In this document: piece by piece, positions 1 to 9,796 of the stretch
Layout: every line of letters begins with the position of its first letter
Numbering within the stretch: the stretch's first letter is position 1
Assembly: GCA_964568665.1 (NCBI GenBank)
Contig: CAZMPY010000005.1
Coordinates: forward strand, 196,330-260,329
Direction of reading: 5' to 3'
Length of the DNA stretch: 64,000 nt
DNA from: an uncultured Thermoplasmata archaeon
GTDB lineage: Archaea > Thermoplasmatota > Thermoplasmata > UBA10834
Program-made: the position numbers and the translations under genes
Notes under the pieces: generated by a model
Told to the model about the DNA's origin: nothing
The model's database searches: none
The model's input: the letters and a program-made list of their open reading frames with translations, nothing else

Positions 1-465
1 AGCCAATCCGTTGACGAACGAACCGACATAGTCGGACGAGAACTGGATGTAAGGTGATATGAACGGCACATTCGTGCTGAGCGCCGCCGACATGGCAGCT
101 GGGGCGATCGCGACCCCAAACACGTGGGACGGGAGGATGCCCGAGTCGAACCCGGTCATGACCCCGTAGAGGCACACCACCGGGACGATCGCAGCTATCA
201 CTCCCTTCCAAGGGCCTCCGGCCCTTCTGCCACCGACATAGCCTGCGATCATCTGACCGAACATCGGCAGCCACCAGAGCATGAGGGACAGGATGAGCAC
301 GTATTTCGATGCGCTCCAGAAGCTGTAGACCACATTCGTCGACTTGAACCGCTTGCCCTCGTGGTCGTGTTCGTAGGATGCGAGTTTGTATGGCACCTGA
401 CCGTTGCCAGGTGGCTGCTGCTCGTCACGAGCATCCTTTCTGCCGATGCCGAATACCATGCCCAT
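1..465 (-). CDS. Hypothetical membrane protein, truncated at the window edge (not in ORF track)
   Basis: Open frame MGMVFGIGRKD...YSFWSASKYVLILSLMLWWLPMFGQMIAGYVGGRRAG... runs off the left edge; hydrophobic helices; TATA-like element at ~516-523. Confidence 0.75.
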   Translation of the reverse strand, partial: MGMVFGIGRKDARDEQQPPGNGQVPYKLASYEHDHEGKRFKSTNVVYSFWSASKYVLILSLMLWWLPMFGQMIAGYVGGRRAGGPWKGVIAAIVPVVCLYGVMTGFDSGILPSHVFGVAIAPAAMSAALSTNVPFISPYIQFSSDYVGSFVNGLA

Positions 466-778
466 CCCTTCTAGTCCGACGGTTGTCGGACGAAATACCA
501 TATGAAAGTCCCACGTATATATTGTTTTTCAGATGCTGGACTCCGGCTATCATCTGTCTGACGAGAATGCCGTAGGCATCCCTGGACGGACCTCGAGAAG
601 GAATCGATGCGGGGAGGCACGTCTCGAAGCGCATGTCCTCGAGCACCGCGGACGACATGCGAACACGCGCATGCTGTCACGCGTGATACCGGGACTAGCC
701 AACTTATATATGCACGGATTCTTTTTCACTCACGGGCAAACGGACGGGTTCCGCTCGTTTGACCGAGGCAGGGTTAGG

Positions 779-1141
779 ATGGCGAAGGTTCTGATTGTCG
801 AGGATGCTCCGTTCATAAGAGAAATGATCCGCGACATCCTCGAGTCCCACGACCACGAGATCGTGGGAGAGGCTGCGAACGGGCTCGAGGCCATTGAGAA
901 ATACAAGGCACTCAAGCCCGACGTCGTCCTGATGGACATACTGATGCCAGGCATGGATGGGCTTTCGGCGATCATGAAGATCGTCGAGCAGGACCCAAAG
1001 GCCAGGATCATCGTGGTCAGCGCCCTGGTCAAGGAGGCCCTCAGAAAGGAGGCCATGCGCGCAGGGGCCATCGACTTCGTGGCGAAACCCTTCCAGGTCG
1101 AGCGATTGCTGGAAGCCGTCAGGGCAGCGACGACAGCCTGA
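779..1141 (+). CDS. CheY-like single-domain response regulator
   Basis: MAKVLIVEDA...DVVLMDILMPGMDG...DFVAKPF receiver motifs; ATG at 779; TATA (TTATATA) at ~704. Confidence 0.92.
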   Translation: MAKVLIVEDAPFIREMIRDILESHDHEIVGEAANGLEAIEKYKALKPDVVLMDILMPGMDGLSAIMKIVEQDPKARIIVVSALVKEALRKEAMRAGAIDFVAKPFQVERLLEAVRAATTA

Positions 1142-1215
1142 GGGGCGCGAAGGGGATCGAAGCTGAGCCACACATCCAGATGAATGACCCAGTTGCAGAT
1201 CGAGGTGGATGAGAC

Positions 1216-2559
1216 TTGATAGACGTGCCGTGGCTTGTCTTCGTCGGGGCGGGCGCGTTGTGTTTCGCCGCGGGCATGCTCGGCTGGATGAAGAACCCCA
1301 GGTCGAGCGCGGCCACCGTATTCATGGTGGCCATGATTTTCATATTCGTATCGACGGTCACGGCGCCTCTGATACCCCTGATCTCCACCGACCAGAGCGG
1401 CACCACGAACGTCCTGGCGAAGGCTTCCGCCGTATCGATCCTGATGGCTGACACGCTCCTTTGGCTGCTCTGCATCGTGTTCCCGATCGAGCGCAAGGTA
1501 TCGTTCAGGCCGGTGAACATCGCCGGTGTCTTGTTCGTCGCGGCCCCGATCGTCGCGCTGGTGCTCGGCCTGATGGTGGAGGCGGACGCGTCGAACCCGG
1601 ACCGCGTCTGGCTCGACGCGAACTCGATGAAGATACTCCTGATCAGCACGGCATCCGCGATGATCCTGACCATGGTCCTCGTGCTCTCGACGCGGAAGAC
1701 CGCGAACGACGCGCAGTGGCGCTCGGGCTCGGTCTTCCTTGCGGGCATGTGGATCTACGGCATCGGCGAGATCGGCTTCGCCGCCGGCAGCATGGGCGAC
1801 TCGATGCTGAGCGACTCGGCCGCCGGAATCGCAAAGCTCTCCCTCGCGCTGGGCATAGCCGCGTCCGGACTGATCTTCGCCTACTCGATCGCGCGGGGCC
1901 AGATGACCATGATGGCGCCTGTCGCGGAGGCCATGGCCTCGAGCGAGAAGGCATCGTTCAGACTCGAAGCTAGACATGTCTACATCGTCGAGGAGGAGAA
2001 GCCTGACCTCTCGTTCGAGATATTCACCGACATCCTGAAGGGCAGGTGCTTCGACTGCGAGAACGACAACAGCTTCCAGTGCGAGAGTCTCGAGTGCGCA
2101 TCCTGCAAGCTCCCGTGCCCCTGCAGGGAGTGCACGAAGTACAAGACGAGGCCACAGGGGATAATCGTCACGAGACAGTTCCCGAACGACGTACGCACGG
2201 AGCACTTCATCCAGACGACGCCCATCATATGGCTCTCCACGGTCGCTGGCAAGGACAACATGGACCCTGCCAAGCTCAGCCTGCTCACGGACTACCTCGT
2301 CAACTTCATGGAGAGGTCGCACAACAGCGTCGTGCTGGTGGACGGCATCGAGTACCTGGTCACGAGCAACGACTTCCAGAAAGTCCTGAGGTCCGTGGAC
2401 AGATGGAACGAGACCGCGATGACGAGCAACTCGAGACTGATCCTGTCGCTGGACCCGCGGGTCTTCGAGTCGAAGGAGCTGGCCCTGCTCGAGAAGAACA
2501 AGGAGATCGTGAAGCCCGAGGACAGGGAGCGGTGGCAGGTCTTCGCCGACACCACGTGA
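1216..2559 (+). CDS. Multi-TM membrane protein with a C-terminal DUF835 (KaiC-like) domain and Cys-rich insert
   Basis: About 7 hydrophobic segments, then YIVEEEKPD, GIIVTRQFP, IIWLS, VVLVDGIEYL motifs characteristic of DUF835. Confidence 0.8.
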   Translation: MIDVPWLVFVGAGALCFAAGMLGWMKNPRSSAATVFMVAMIFIFVSTVTAPLIPLISTDQSGTTNVLAKASAVSILMADTLLWLLCIVFPIERKVSFRPVNIAGVLFVAAPIVALVLGLMVEADASNPDRVWLDANSMKILLISTASAMILTMVLVLSTRKTANDAQWRSGSVFLAGMWIYGIGEIGFAAGSMGDSMLSDSAAGIAKLSLALGIAASGLIFAYSIARGQMTMMAPVAEAMASSEKASFRLEARHVYIVEEEKPDLSFEIFTDILKGRCFDCENDNSFQCESLECASCKLPCPCRECTKYKTRPQGIIVTRQFPNDVRTEHFIQTTPIIWLSTVAGKDNMDPAKLSLLTDYLVNFMERSHNSVVLVDGIEYLVTSNDFQKVLRSVDRWNETAMTSNSRLILSLDPRVFESKELALLEKNKEIVKPEDRERWQVFADTT

Positions 2560-2575
2560 GCTTTCAGAAAATGGA

Positions 2576-2688
2576 TGGTCCCGACTCCCGGATTTGAACC
2601 GGGGACCTGCTGATTTCAGCGACTGATATCGGTCGTACCGATTTCCATACTACAGTCAGCCGCTCTTGCCAGTCTGAGCTAAGTCGGG
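2576..2688 (-). tRNA. tRNA-Tyr(GTA) with ~35-nt intron (2615-2649) at position 37/38; CCA encoded
   Basis: Reverse complement: CCCGACT acceptor stem, GCTGA-CTGTAG|intron|A-TCAGC anticodon arm, GGTTCAAATCC T-loop, ends GGGACCA. Confidence 0.93.
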
Positions 2689-2930
2689 TTGTCGCGGGCC
2701 AGCATCCAGGCCCGGTGCACCTTATCATGCAATCCATATAAAGCGTTTTTCAGAGGACGACTTCGTCCGGGCACCCACAGCGGCATTCGGAACGACGTTA
2801 CGAGCTGGCACACCAAGAATCCCCAAGTTTTATATATATACAATTTTATAAGGGGCTTGTCCGACGCTAGTAAGGCAAAAGAGGTACAGAAGGCGTCGCG
2901 AGGAAGGCGGGAACTGCGGGACGGTGACAT

Positions 2931-3167
2931 ATGACACATGAGTCCGAGAAGATCACCATCCGCATACCCGAGAGGCACCTGCGTGCGCTCGACTTCCTCG
3001 TCGAGATAGACGACTTCCCCTCGCGCTCTGAGGCGATCAGGGCCGGGATCAGGGACCTCATCTATGCCAGGCTGGAGTTGGTAGTCGACCGCATGAAGAA
3101 GTTCGAACACGCGGAACAGGCGCTTGCGGCCATCAAAACCTACGAGGAAACGTACCTCAAGAAGTAG
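2931..3167 (+). CDS. Ribbon-helix-helix (CopG/CdrS-like) DNA-binding protein
   Basis: EKITIRIP...LDFLV...FPSRSEAIRAGIRDL; SD GGTGA; strong TATA elements at 2827-2851. Confidence 0.85.
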   Translation: MTHESEKITIRIPERHLRALDFLVEIDDFPSRSEAIRAGIRDLIYARLELVVDRMKKFEHAEQALAAIKTYEETYLKK

Positions 3168-3289
3168 TCAGAATGGGATGGGATGCACTCTAACTACTCT
3201 TTCGGAGGCTTCAACAATCAGGATAACCTCCCCCCTATTTTTTTATTTCAATAAAGCCACGAGCTGGCGTTATCATTATCGATTCTGGT

Positions 3290-4048
3290 TCACCCGATGT
3301 ACCCCAGGTCCTCGCGCTTGGGCTCCGGCTGCGGCTCGCCCTCCTTGAGGCGGGAGGTGATCTGGTCGATCTGCTTGGCCTTTGCCTCGAGCTCGGTGAA
3401 ATCGAGCTTCACCCTCAGGATGTTCGCGAGCACCTCGAGCACCGCCTGGGCGCCCTTGGGGTCCACGAAGTAGCCAGAGGTCTCGCCCATGAGGCAGGCC
3501 GCGCGGATGTCGTAGAGCCGGCCTAGGCCGAGCAGCAGACCGCTCGCACCGACGATGCCGCTCCCAGGCTCGCCCTTGGAGAACGTGACACCTTGCGTCT
3601 TGAGCTCCTCGACCAGCGCCTCGTCCGTCGCCGCCCCGAGCACCCGCGGCTTCTCTATCATTCGGCCGAGGCCGTACCCGCCGAGGGTGTACACGCGCTT
3701 GACGCCGAACTCCTTGGCGACCTGGAGGGACCGGTCGGAGAGATCGTACTGCCCGTCCGGCGTGAGCCCCTGATAGTCGCCCACGAGTATGATCAGGTCG
3801 TTCTCGTCCTCTGGGCGCTTGACATAATACATCTCGTTGTTCACGAGCTTGATTATCCCCGAATCGTTCACTAGCACCTGCGGGGGGAAATGCTTGGATA
3901 TGATCTCGAGGAACTTGACCGCCTTCAGCTGGTCCACGAGGTGCTCGGCCGCCAGCTTGCCGACGTTGCCAACGCCCGGCAACCCCTCGACCAGTATCGG
4001 CTCTCTGAGAACGGGCCTCTCCTTGTAGACGAGGACGATGTCATCCAT
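3290..4048 (-). CDS. Proteasome assembly chaperone, PAC2 family
   Basis: LVEGLPGVGNVGKLAAEHL, GSGIVGASGLLLG, CLMGETSGY; conserved position downstream of nop10. Confidence 0.93.
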   Translation of the reverse strand: MDDIVLVYKERPVLREPILVEGLPGVGNVGKLAAEHLVDQLKAVKFLEIISKHFPPQVLVNDSGIIKLVNNEMYYVKRPEDENDLIILVGDYQGLTPDGQYDLSDRSLQVAKEFGVKRVYTLGGYGLGRMIEKPRVLGAATDEALVEELKTQGVTFSKGEPGSGIVGASGLLLGLGRLYDIRAACLMGETSGYFVDPKGAQAVLEVLANILRVKLDFTELEAKAKQIDQITSRLKEGEPQPEPKREDLGYIG

Positions 4049-4219
4049 CTATTGCCCCCCCGTCATCTCCCTCTTGAGCCTCCGCCGGTACTCGCCGTAC
4101 CGGTCGTCGGGGGAGTACTTTGCAGGCATGGACATGATGGTTGCCCCTGCGCACTTCGGGCAGGTCTCGCGCAGGGTGTATGCCCTGCATGCGCCGCACT
4201 TCCTAAGGAGGGTCTTCAC
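4049..4219 (-). CDS. nop10: H/ACA RNP protein Nop10 (not in ORF track)
   Basis: GTG start: VKTLLRKCGACRAYTLRETCPKCAGATIMSMPAKYSPDDRYGEYRRRLK; sits between aIF2alpha and PAC2. Confidence 0.93.
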   Translation of the reverse strand: MKTLLRKCGACRAYTLRETCPKCAGATIMSMPAKYSPDDRYGEYRRRLKREMTGGQ

Positions 4220-5001
4220 TTCTCTTCCTTCCTCTTGAACGAGATGGAACCACCGGATTTCTCGATCGAGGTCGTCACGCGGTCGACAGCGGCCTTCAGC
4301 TCCTCCTCTGCGACCTTGTAGTCCTCGGCGTTGACAGTGATGCGGTACCTGGGAGCGCCGATGTAGTGGATATTGACGTCGCCCGTGTCGGACTCGACCG
4401 CCTTGGCCAGGGCGGTCTTGACATGGTCGACCCCGTCAGGGAGCGGGTTCGTGATCTCGAACATCCCGTCGATCATGACCGACGGTGCCTGGATGTTCTC
4501 CTTGGCCACCTCGAGCAGGGCATCGGTCCAGCTCTTGTCGAGCCCCAGTGACCTCACGCCGTCGGGGTTGACCGCCGCGTCCTCGAACCCTGCGAACAGC
4601 GAACCGTACTCCTTGACCAGCGATGCGCCTACGACGTCGTAGGCCTCGTCGGCGGGCTTGTCCATCTTCCCCGCGATGATCTCCAGGAGCTTGTCCGCCT
4701 TCTTCTCGTTCTTCCACTCCTGTATCTTCTCACGGCGCTGGTGGTCGTTGACCGCCTTGAGGGAGAGGTCGATGTGGCCCTTCTCCTCGTCGACGCTCAG
4801 GACCTTGCAGACGGCCTTCTGACCCTCCCGCACGTGGTCTCGTATGTACTTGACCCAACCCGTTGCGACGTCGCGGACGTGTATGAAGCCCTCTTTTCCG
4901 CCGAACTCATCCAACGAGACAAAAGCGCCGAAGTTCTTCACGTTCTGCACCGTGCAGACGACCAGATCGCTTAGCTCTGGGAACTCGGCTTTGCGCGGCA
5001 T
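4216..5001 (-). CDS. eif2a: Translation initiation factor aIF2 alpha subunit
   Basis: S1 domain GAFVSLDEFGGKEGFIH, GHIDLSLK, YIGAPRYRI. Confidence 0.96.
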   Translation of the reverse strand: MPRKAEFPELSDLVVCTVQNVKNFGAFVSLDEFGGKEGFIHVRDVATGWVKYIRDHVREGQKAVCKVLSVDEEKGHIDLSLKAVNDHQRREKIQEWKNEKKADKLLEIIAGKMDKPADEAYDVVGASLVKEYGSLFAGFEDAAVNPDGVRSLGLDKSWTDALLEVAKENIQAPSVMIDGMFEITNPLPDGVDHVKTALAKAVESDTGDVNIHYIGAPRYRITVNAEDYKVAEEELKAAVDRVTTSIEKSGGSISFKRKEEK

Positions 5002-5186
5002 TACTGGACCTCACCCAGGACCTGGCCTCTGACCAGACCCTTGCCGCCGGTCGGCTTGATCAGGGTGGCTCCACAGACATTGCACTTCACCTGAGTAGCA
5101 GGCTTGTTGAACGCAATCTGCTCGTTGCCGCAGTCCTGGCACTTGATGTTGATGAACTTGCTCTTGGGCGCTGGTATGCCGCTCAT
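5001..5186 (-). CDS. rps27e: 30S ribosomal protein S27e (eS27)
   Basis: [20 protein letters not shown]...[15 protein letters not shown]. Confidence 0.96.
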   Translation of the reverse strand: MSGIPAPKSKFINIKCQDCGNEQIAFNKPATQVKCNVCGATLIKPTGGKGLVRGQVLGEVQ

Positions 5187-5188
5187 TT

Positions 5189-5473
5189 TCAGGCCTCCTT
5201 GAGTTCGAAGGTCTTCGACCGGACGCAGGTCCTCTGGTGAGCCTTCTTGCAGGTCTTGCACCTGTACCTGAGCGCGACCTTGACCGTCGGTTTCTGCCTG
5301 CCCTCGTACTTGGGCCTGGGGAATCCGCCGTAACCAGAGGTGGCGCGCCTGTATCTCCGCTGCCCCCACTTGAGTTCGCTCCTCGGCCTAGTCTTGACCT
5401 TCTCGACTTCGTGAGCTGTGTGCTTCTTGCACTTCGGACAATACTCATTCCGGATTCTCGGCATCTTGACCAT
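5189..5473 (-). CDS. rpl44e: 50S ribosomal protein L44e (eL42)
   Basis: [11 protein letters not shown]...[16 protein letters not shown]...LRYRCKTC. Confidence 0.96.
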   Translation of the reverse strand: MVKMPRIRNEYCPKCKKHTAHEVEKVKTRPRSELKWGQRRYRRATSGYGGFPRPKYEGRQKPTVKVALRYRCKTCKKAHQRTCVRSKTFELKEA

Positions 5474-5676
5474 GTCTATCAGCGACCCATGGGGCAGGAC
5501 ACGAGTAAGAAGCAACTGGTATTAAAGCATTGCCGAGCACCTGAACACGTCCAATCAGTCCATCCGGAGGCCATCCTGACACGCCCAGGAGCATGGTAAC
5601 AAATCTGGTAAATATATATCATCGTAGATGGAAACCAATATATATGCGGTAATCAATAAATGGGTTCGGACATAAT

Positions 5677-6042
5677 ATGACGGACAAGGGGCTCTCTAAA
5701 AAGGACGAACAGCTCGTGGAGCTTCTTATGCGCACGGGGCTGTCAAAGAACATCGCCAAGACCATGGTCTACCTCAGAAAGAAGGAGGAGACCACGTCCG
5801 TCGAGATCGAGGGTGCGACCGGCCTGAGGCAGCCCGAGGTGTCAATAGCGATGCAGGAGCTGCGGAGGCGCAAGTGGGTCTCGAAGAGGGACATCAAGAA
5901 GGAGGGGAAGGGCAGGCCCGTCCACTCCAACAAGCTCGGTGTCCAGTTCGACAAGATCATCGAGATGATAGAGGCCGAGGAGCGCAAGAAGATCGAGATC
6001 ATCGAGAACTCTATCAAGCAGCTGAAGGAACTCGCCAAGTGA
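5677..6042 (+). CDS. Archaeal winged-helix transcriptional regulator (ArsR/TrmB-like)
   Basis: TSVEIEGATGLRQPEVSIAMQEL...KKEGKGRPVH. Confidence 0.85.
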   Translation: MTDKGLSKKDEQLVELLMRTGLSKNIAKTMVYLRKKEETTSVEIEGATGLRQPEVSIAMQELRRRKWVSKRDIKKEGKGRPVHSNKLGVQFDKIIEMIEAEERKKIEIIENSIKQLKELAK

Positions 6043-6051
6043 CGGTGCGGA

Positions 6052-6726
6052 CTATCGCTTTTTCTCCAGCACCCTGATGCCACCCATTGACGCCACTATC
6101 ACCTTGCTCGTGAGACCGACGAACAGGCCGTTGTCCACCACCCCAGGGACGAGGTTGATGTCTGCCTCCATCCTCTTCGGGTCGTCGATCCTCTGGAACC
6201 TGCAGTCCGCGATGTAGTTGCCATTGTCCGTCACGAAGACCGAACCGTCCTTGGTCCTGAGCTTCGGGACGCACCCGAACCGCTCGAGCCGCCGCATGGT
6301 CGCCTCGTAGGAGAACTTGACGACCTCGACCGGCAGAGGGGCCTTCTGGCAGAGATGGTCCACGAGCTTCGAGTCGTCGACCACTATGACCTCCTGCCTC
6401 GTCGCTGCGGCGACGATCTTCTCCCTGACGAGCGCGCCGCCGAGCCCTTTGACCAGGTTCAGCCCAGGGTCCACCTCGTCGGCCCCGTCGATCGTGATGT
6501 CCACCTCTGGGAAGTCCTTGAGCTCGCCTATCCGGATCCCGACGGACCTCCCCAGCGAATCGGAGTCCCTCGATGTCGGTATGCCCACGATGTCCGTGCC
6601 GGCCTTCACCATCTCGCCGATGAGCTTGATGGCGATGCTGGCAGTGGACCCGCTCCCGAGCCCGACGACCATGCCGCTCCGGATGTCCTTCACGGCCTCC
6701 CGGGCGGCCATCTCCTTGAGGTCCAC
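6052..6726 (-). CDS. rpiA: Ribose-5-phosphate isomerase A
   Basis: VGLGSGST, IDGADEVD, KGLGGALVREK, TDNGNYI, PGVVDNGLF; start approximate. Confidence 0.95.
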   Translation of the reverse strand: MDLKEMAAREAVKDIRSGMVVGLGSGSTASIAIKLIGEMVKAGTDIVGIPTSRDSDSLGRSVGIRIGELKDFPEVDITIDGADEVDPGLNLVKGLGGALVREKIVAAATRQEVIVVDDSKLVDHLCQKAPLPVEVVKFSYEATMRRLERFGCVPKLRTKDGSVFVTDNGNYIADCRFQRIDDPKRMEADINLVPGVVDNGLFVGLTSKVIVASMGGIRVLEKKR

Positions 6727-6728
6727 GC

Positions 6729-7502
6729 TCAGGGCCTCCTCTTCGGGCAGCCTGCACTCTTCCGTTTGATGCCGAAGTTCTCGGCCGCGAGCCTGCACAG
6801 CTCCTCGACGACGAAATCGTCGATGCGCTTGCCGCGCGCGGCGGAGGCGTCCTTCGTATCGCCTGAGATGCCTGCCTTGAAATAGGCCTCGGGATCGGGG
6901 AGCACCATGTACTTCGGGGCGGTGTTCCTCCCGGACGGCCTGTCGGGTCCGACCAGGTCGGGCCTGATGCCCAGCACGCGCGAGGTCTCGATGAGCCCGC
7001 CGTGCCCATCCGTCTCTGGGAACTCCTTGCCCCTGAGCTCGTAGGCGATGTCGTAGTCCGAGAGGACCATGACCCTGATGTCAGGGTACTCGTCGACCGC
7101 CCTCATCGTCCCCAGCCTCAGGGCGGCCATGTGCCCGCTCCCGGCGTGGCCCGTGAGGACCATGATCTTCCGGACCCCGTTCCTGGCCAGCTCGGAGACC
7201 ACATCGAACGCGAAGAGCTGGACGGTCTCGAAGCTGAGCGAGATGGTGCCCGGGAAGTTCCTCGTCGACCTGCAGTCGCCGTACCTCAGAGGTGGGCAGA
7301 CCAGGGCGTCCAGCTCCAGCGCCACCCTGCGGGCGACCTCCTCCGCCTGCATCGAATCCGTCCCGAGCGGCAGGTGGGACCCGTGCTCCTCGAGCGAGCC
7401 GACGGGCACGATCACGAGCGGGTCCTTCCTGACCATCGCGGCGAACTCCTTGCTCGTGAGTTCCTCAACCAGAACCGGCTGTCCTTTTCGTCTTCCCGAC
7501 AT
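6729..7502 (-). CDS. Creatininase / formamide-hydrolase family protein
   Basis: PVGSLEEHGSHLPLGTD, FPGTISL, GHAG, DGHGGLIETS. Confidence 0.9.
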   Translation of the reverse strand: MSGRRKGQPVLVEELTSKEFAAMVRKDPLVIVPVGSLEEHGSHLPLGTDSMQAEEVARRVALELDALVCPPLRYGDCRSTRNFPGTISLSFETVQLFAFDVVSELARNGVRKIMVLTGHAGSGHMAALRLGTMRAVDEYPDIRVMVLSDYDIAYELRGKEFPETDGHGGLIETSRVLGIRPDLVGPDRPSGRNTAPKYMVLPDPEAYFKAGISGDTKDASAARGKRIDDFVVEELCRLAAENFGIKRKSAGCPKRRP

Positions 7503-7671
7503 GTTCCTTCCCACCGTCCCTGACCGTCTCGAGGTCGATGAAGTCAGAGCCGCATACGGGGCACTTCAGGCTCGACAGGGACGAGTCCCCGAACATGGCC
7601 CTCAGCTCCGCATCCGCCTCCGCGACCCGGTCCTTGGGGATCGTGCGGTCGCACCTCGGACAGTAATACAC
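7465..7671 (-). CDS. Small zinc-ribbon protein
   Basis: YYCPRC...CPVCG double CxxC; GTG start; overlaps the creatininase start. Confidence 0.65.
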   Translation of the reverse strand: MYYCPRCDRTIPKDRVAEADAELRAMFGDSSLSSLKCPVCGSDFIDLETVRDGGKEHVGKTKRTAGSG

Positions 7672-7771
7672 TTCACGCCCGATGGGGATGCCGATACATA
7701 AACGCGAGCGGGCGCGCGCCCGTGCGGATGAAGTAATATCCCATAGCCGCATTACGGGGAGAGGGTCCGGT

Positions 7772-8455
7772 TTGAGGGTGTCAGCGCTTTTCTCGGGCGG
7801 TAAGGATTCGACCTATGCGGTGTACCTAGCCCAGCAGCAGGGCTGGGAGGTCTCGAGCCTCCTGACGATCGTGCCGAAGGCCGAGGACTCGTACATGTTC
7901 CACTTCCCGAACATCCGGTGGACGGCGCTCCAGGCGGAGGCCATGGGAATACCCATCAAGGTGCGGGAGAGCTCCGGGGAGAAGGAGAAAGAGCTCGACG
8001 ACGTCGAGGCGCTCATGGCGGCCGAGGATGTGGACGGCTTCATATGCGGGGCGATCGCCTCGGACTACCAGTGGTCCCGGCTGAACGGCATAGGCCACAG
8101 GCTCGGGAAGCCGGTCCACGCACCGCTCTGGCGCAAGGACCAGGTCCTCCTGCTCGAGGACATGGTCCATGCAGGGTTCAGGTTCATGATATCGGGCGTG
8201 TACGCCTACGGGTTCGACGAGACCTGGCTCGGGAAGATCATCACGGAGCGGTCGATCAAGGAGCTGGAGAGGCTGAGGGACAGGTTCAGCATCAGCCCGT
8301 CCGGAGAGGGCGGCGAGATCGAGACCTTCGTCCTGGACGCGCCGAACTTCTCGAAGGCCGTGTCCGTCGAGGAGGCCGAGGTCCGATGGAACAGGGACTC
8401 GGGCACGTACATGATCAAAAGGGCCGTCCTGGAGGACAAGACCAGGGGTTTGTAG
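7772..8455 (+). CDS. dph6: Diphthine--ammonia ligase (Dph6 family PP-loop ATPase)
   Basis: ALFSGGKDS, SYMFHFPN, GAIASDYQ, PLW, GEGGEIETFVLDAP. Confidence 0.9.
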   Translation: MRVSALFSGGKDSTYAVYLAQQQGWEVSSLLTIVPKAEDSYMFHFPNIRWTALQAEAMGIPIKVRESSGEKEKELDDVEALMAAEDVDGFICGAIASDYQWSRLNGIGHRLGKPVHAPLWRKDQVLLLEDMVHAGFRFMISGVYAYGFDETWLGKIITERSIKELERLRDRFSISPSGEGGEIETFVLDAPNFSKAVSVEEAEVRWNRDSGTYMIKRAVLEDKTRGL

Positions 8456-8485
8456 GGGTTTGGGGCCGGCTTGGCCCGTCCGGCG

Positions 8486-9796
8486 TCAGCAGTCGTTGCA
8501 CTTGGTGGCTTTGCAGGCTGAGGGCGCCTTGCCGTAGGCCTTTCTGCGCTGCTCGCGCTGGGTGCCCTCCGGGATGAGGCACATCTTCTTGCCCGAGAGC
8601 ACGGCCGCGACGCCTTCCCTCGTCTCGAGGTGTTCGTAGTCCTCGCACAGGCTGCAGCCAGGTGGACACCTGCTCACCCGGTCTCCCTCGACCTCGGGGA
8701 ACTGGAATATGCCACCCTCGTAGTTCCTGAGCACGACGCGCGTGTCGCTCTGGGAGATCAGATACGTGGGCCCGACGGGGATCTTGCCGCCCCCGGTCGG
8801 GGCGTCGATGACGAACTGTGGGACCGCGAAGCCCGATGTGTGCCCCCTCAGGTTCTCGATGATCTCGATGCCCTTCGCGATCGAGGTCCTGAAGTGCTCC
8901 AGCCCCTTCGCGATGTCGCACTGGTAGATGTAGTACGGCCTGCACCGGATGTAGACGAGGTCGTGCACCAGCTTCTTCATGATGGTCGGACAGTCGTTGA
9001 CGCCCTTCAGGAGCACCGTCTGGTTCCCGACGGGTATGCCGGCGTCCGCGAGCATCTCGACCGCGCGCCTGGACTCGGGGGTGATCTCCTTCGGGTGGTT
9101 GAAGTGCGTGTTGAGCCAGATCGGATGGTACTTCCTCAGCATCTTGACCAGCTGGGGCGTTATCCTGTACGGCAGGACGACGGGCGTCCTGGAACCGATC
9201 CGGACGATCTGGACGTGCTTGATCTTCCTGAGCTCCCGTATGACCTTCTCGAGGAGCGCATCGGACACCAGCAGGGCGTCTCCGCCCGACAGGAGCACGT
9301 CCCTGACCTGGGGCGTCTTCCGGATGTAGTCGAGGCCCTCCTCGATCTCTTCCCAGCTCCTCTGGTGGTCAGTGGTTCCCACTATCCTGCGCCTGCAGCA
9401 GTGCCTGCAGTACATGCTGCACTGGTCCGTGAGCAGGAACAGCACCCGGTCCGGGTACCTGTGGGTGAGGCCCTCGTGGGGCGCGTCGATCGTCTCGCCG
9501 ACGGTGTCCTCCATGTCATCCTTCGAGATGTGCAGCTCGTTGGATGTCGGCACCGCCTGCTTCCTGATCGGGCACTCCGGGTCGTCAGGGTCCATGAGCG
9601 AGGCGTAGTACGGGGTGATGGCCATCCGGAGGTACTTCATGGAGTGGGTGATCTCGTCCTTCTCCTCGTCCGTGAGGTTGATGACCTTGGCGAGCGTGTC
9701 CACATCCGTGATCCTGTTCTTGATCTGCCATTTCCAGTCGGTCCATTGCTTCGGACTGACGTCCTTCCAGAGCGGGATATCCCTGTATTTCCTCAT
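8486..9796 (-). CDS. kamA: Lysine 2,3-aminomutase (radical SAM/PLP)
   Basis: THRYPDRV, CSMYCRHC, LLSGGD, NTHFNHP, GHTSGFAVPQFVIDAPTGGGKIP. Confidence 0.95.
   Translation of the reverse strand: MRKYRDIPLWKDVSPKQWTDWKWQIKNRITDVDTLAKVINLTDEEKDEITHSMKYLRMAITPYYASLMDPDDPECPIRKQAVPTSNELHISKDDMEDTVGETIDAPHEGLTHRYPDRVLFLLTDQCSMYCRHCCRRRIVGTTDHQRSWEEIEEGLDYIRKTPQVRDVLLSGGDALLVSDALLEKVIRELRKIKHVQIVRIGSRTPVVLPYRITPQLVKMLRKYHPIWLNTHFNHPKEITPESRRAVEMLADAGIPVGNQTVLLKGVNDCPTIMKKLVHDLVYIRCRPYYIYQCDIAKGLEHFRTSIAKGIEIIENLRGHTSGFAVPQFVIDAPTGGGKIPVGPTYLISQSDTRVVLRNYEGGIFQFPEVEGDRVSRCPPGCSLCEDYEHLETREGVAAVLSGKKMCLIPEGTQREQRRKAYGKAPSACKATKCNDC

Noticed and set aside
8560..8680. Cys cluster near the KamA C-terminus as a novel domain
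   Set aside because: Corresponds to the known C-terminal zinc site of lysine 2,3-aminomutase.
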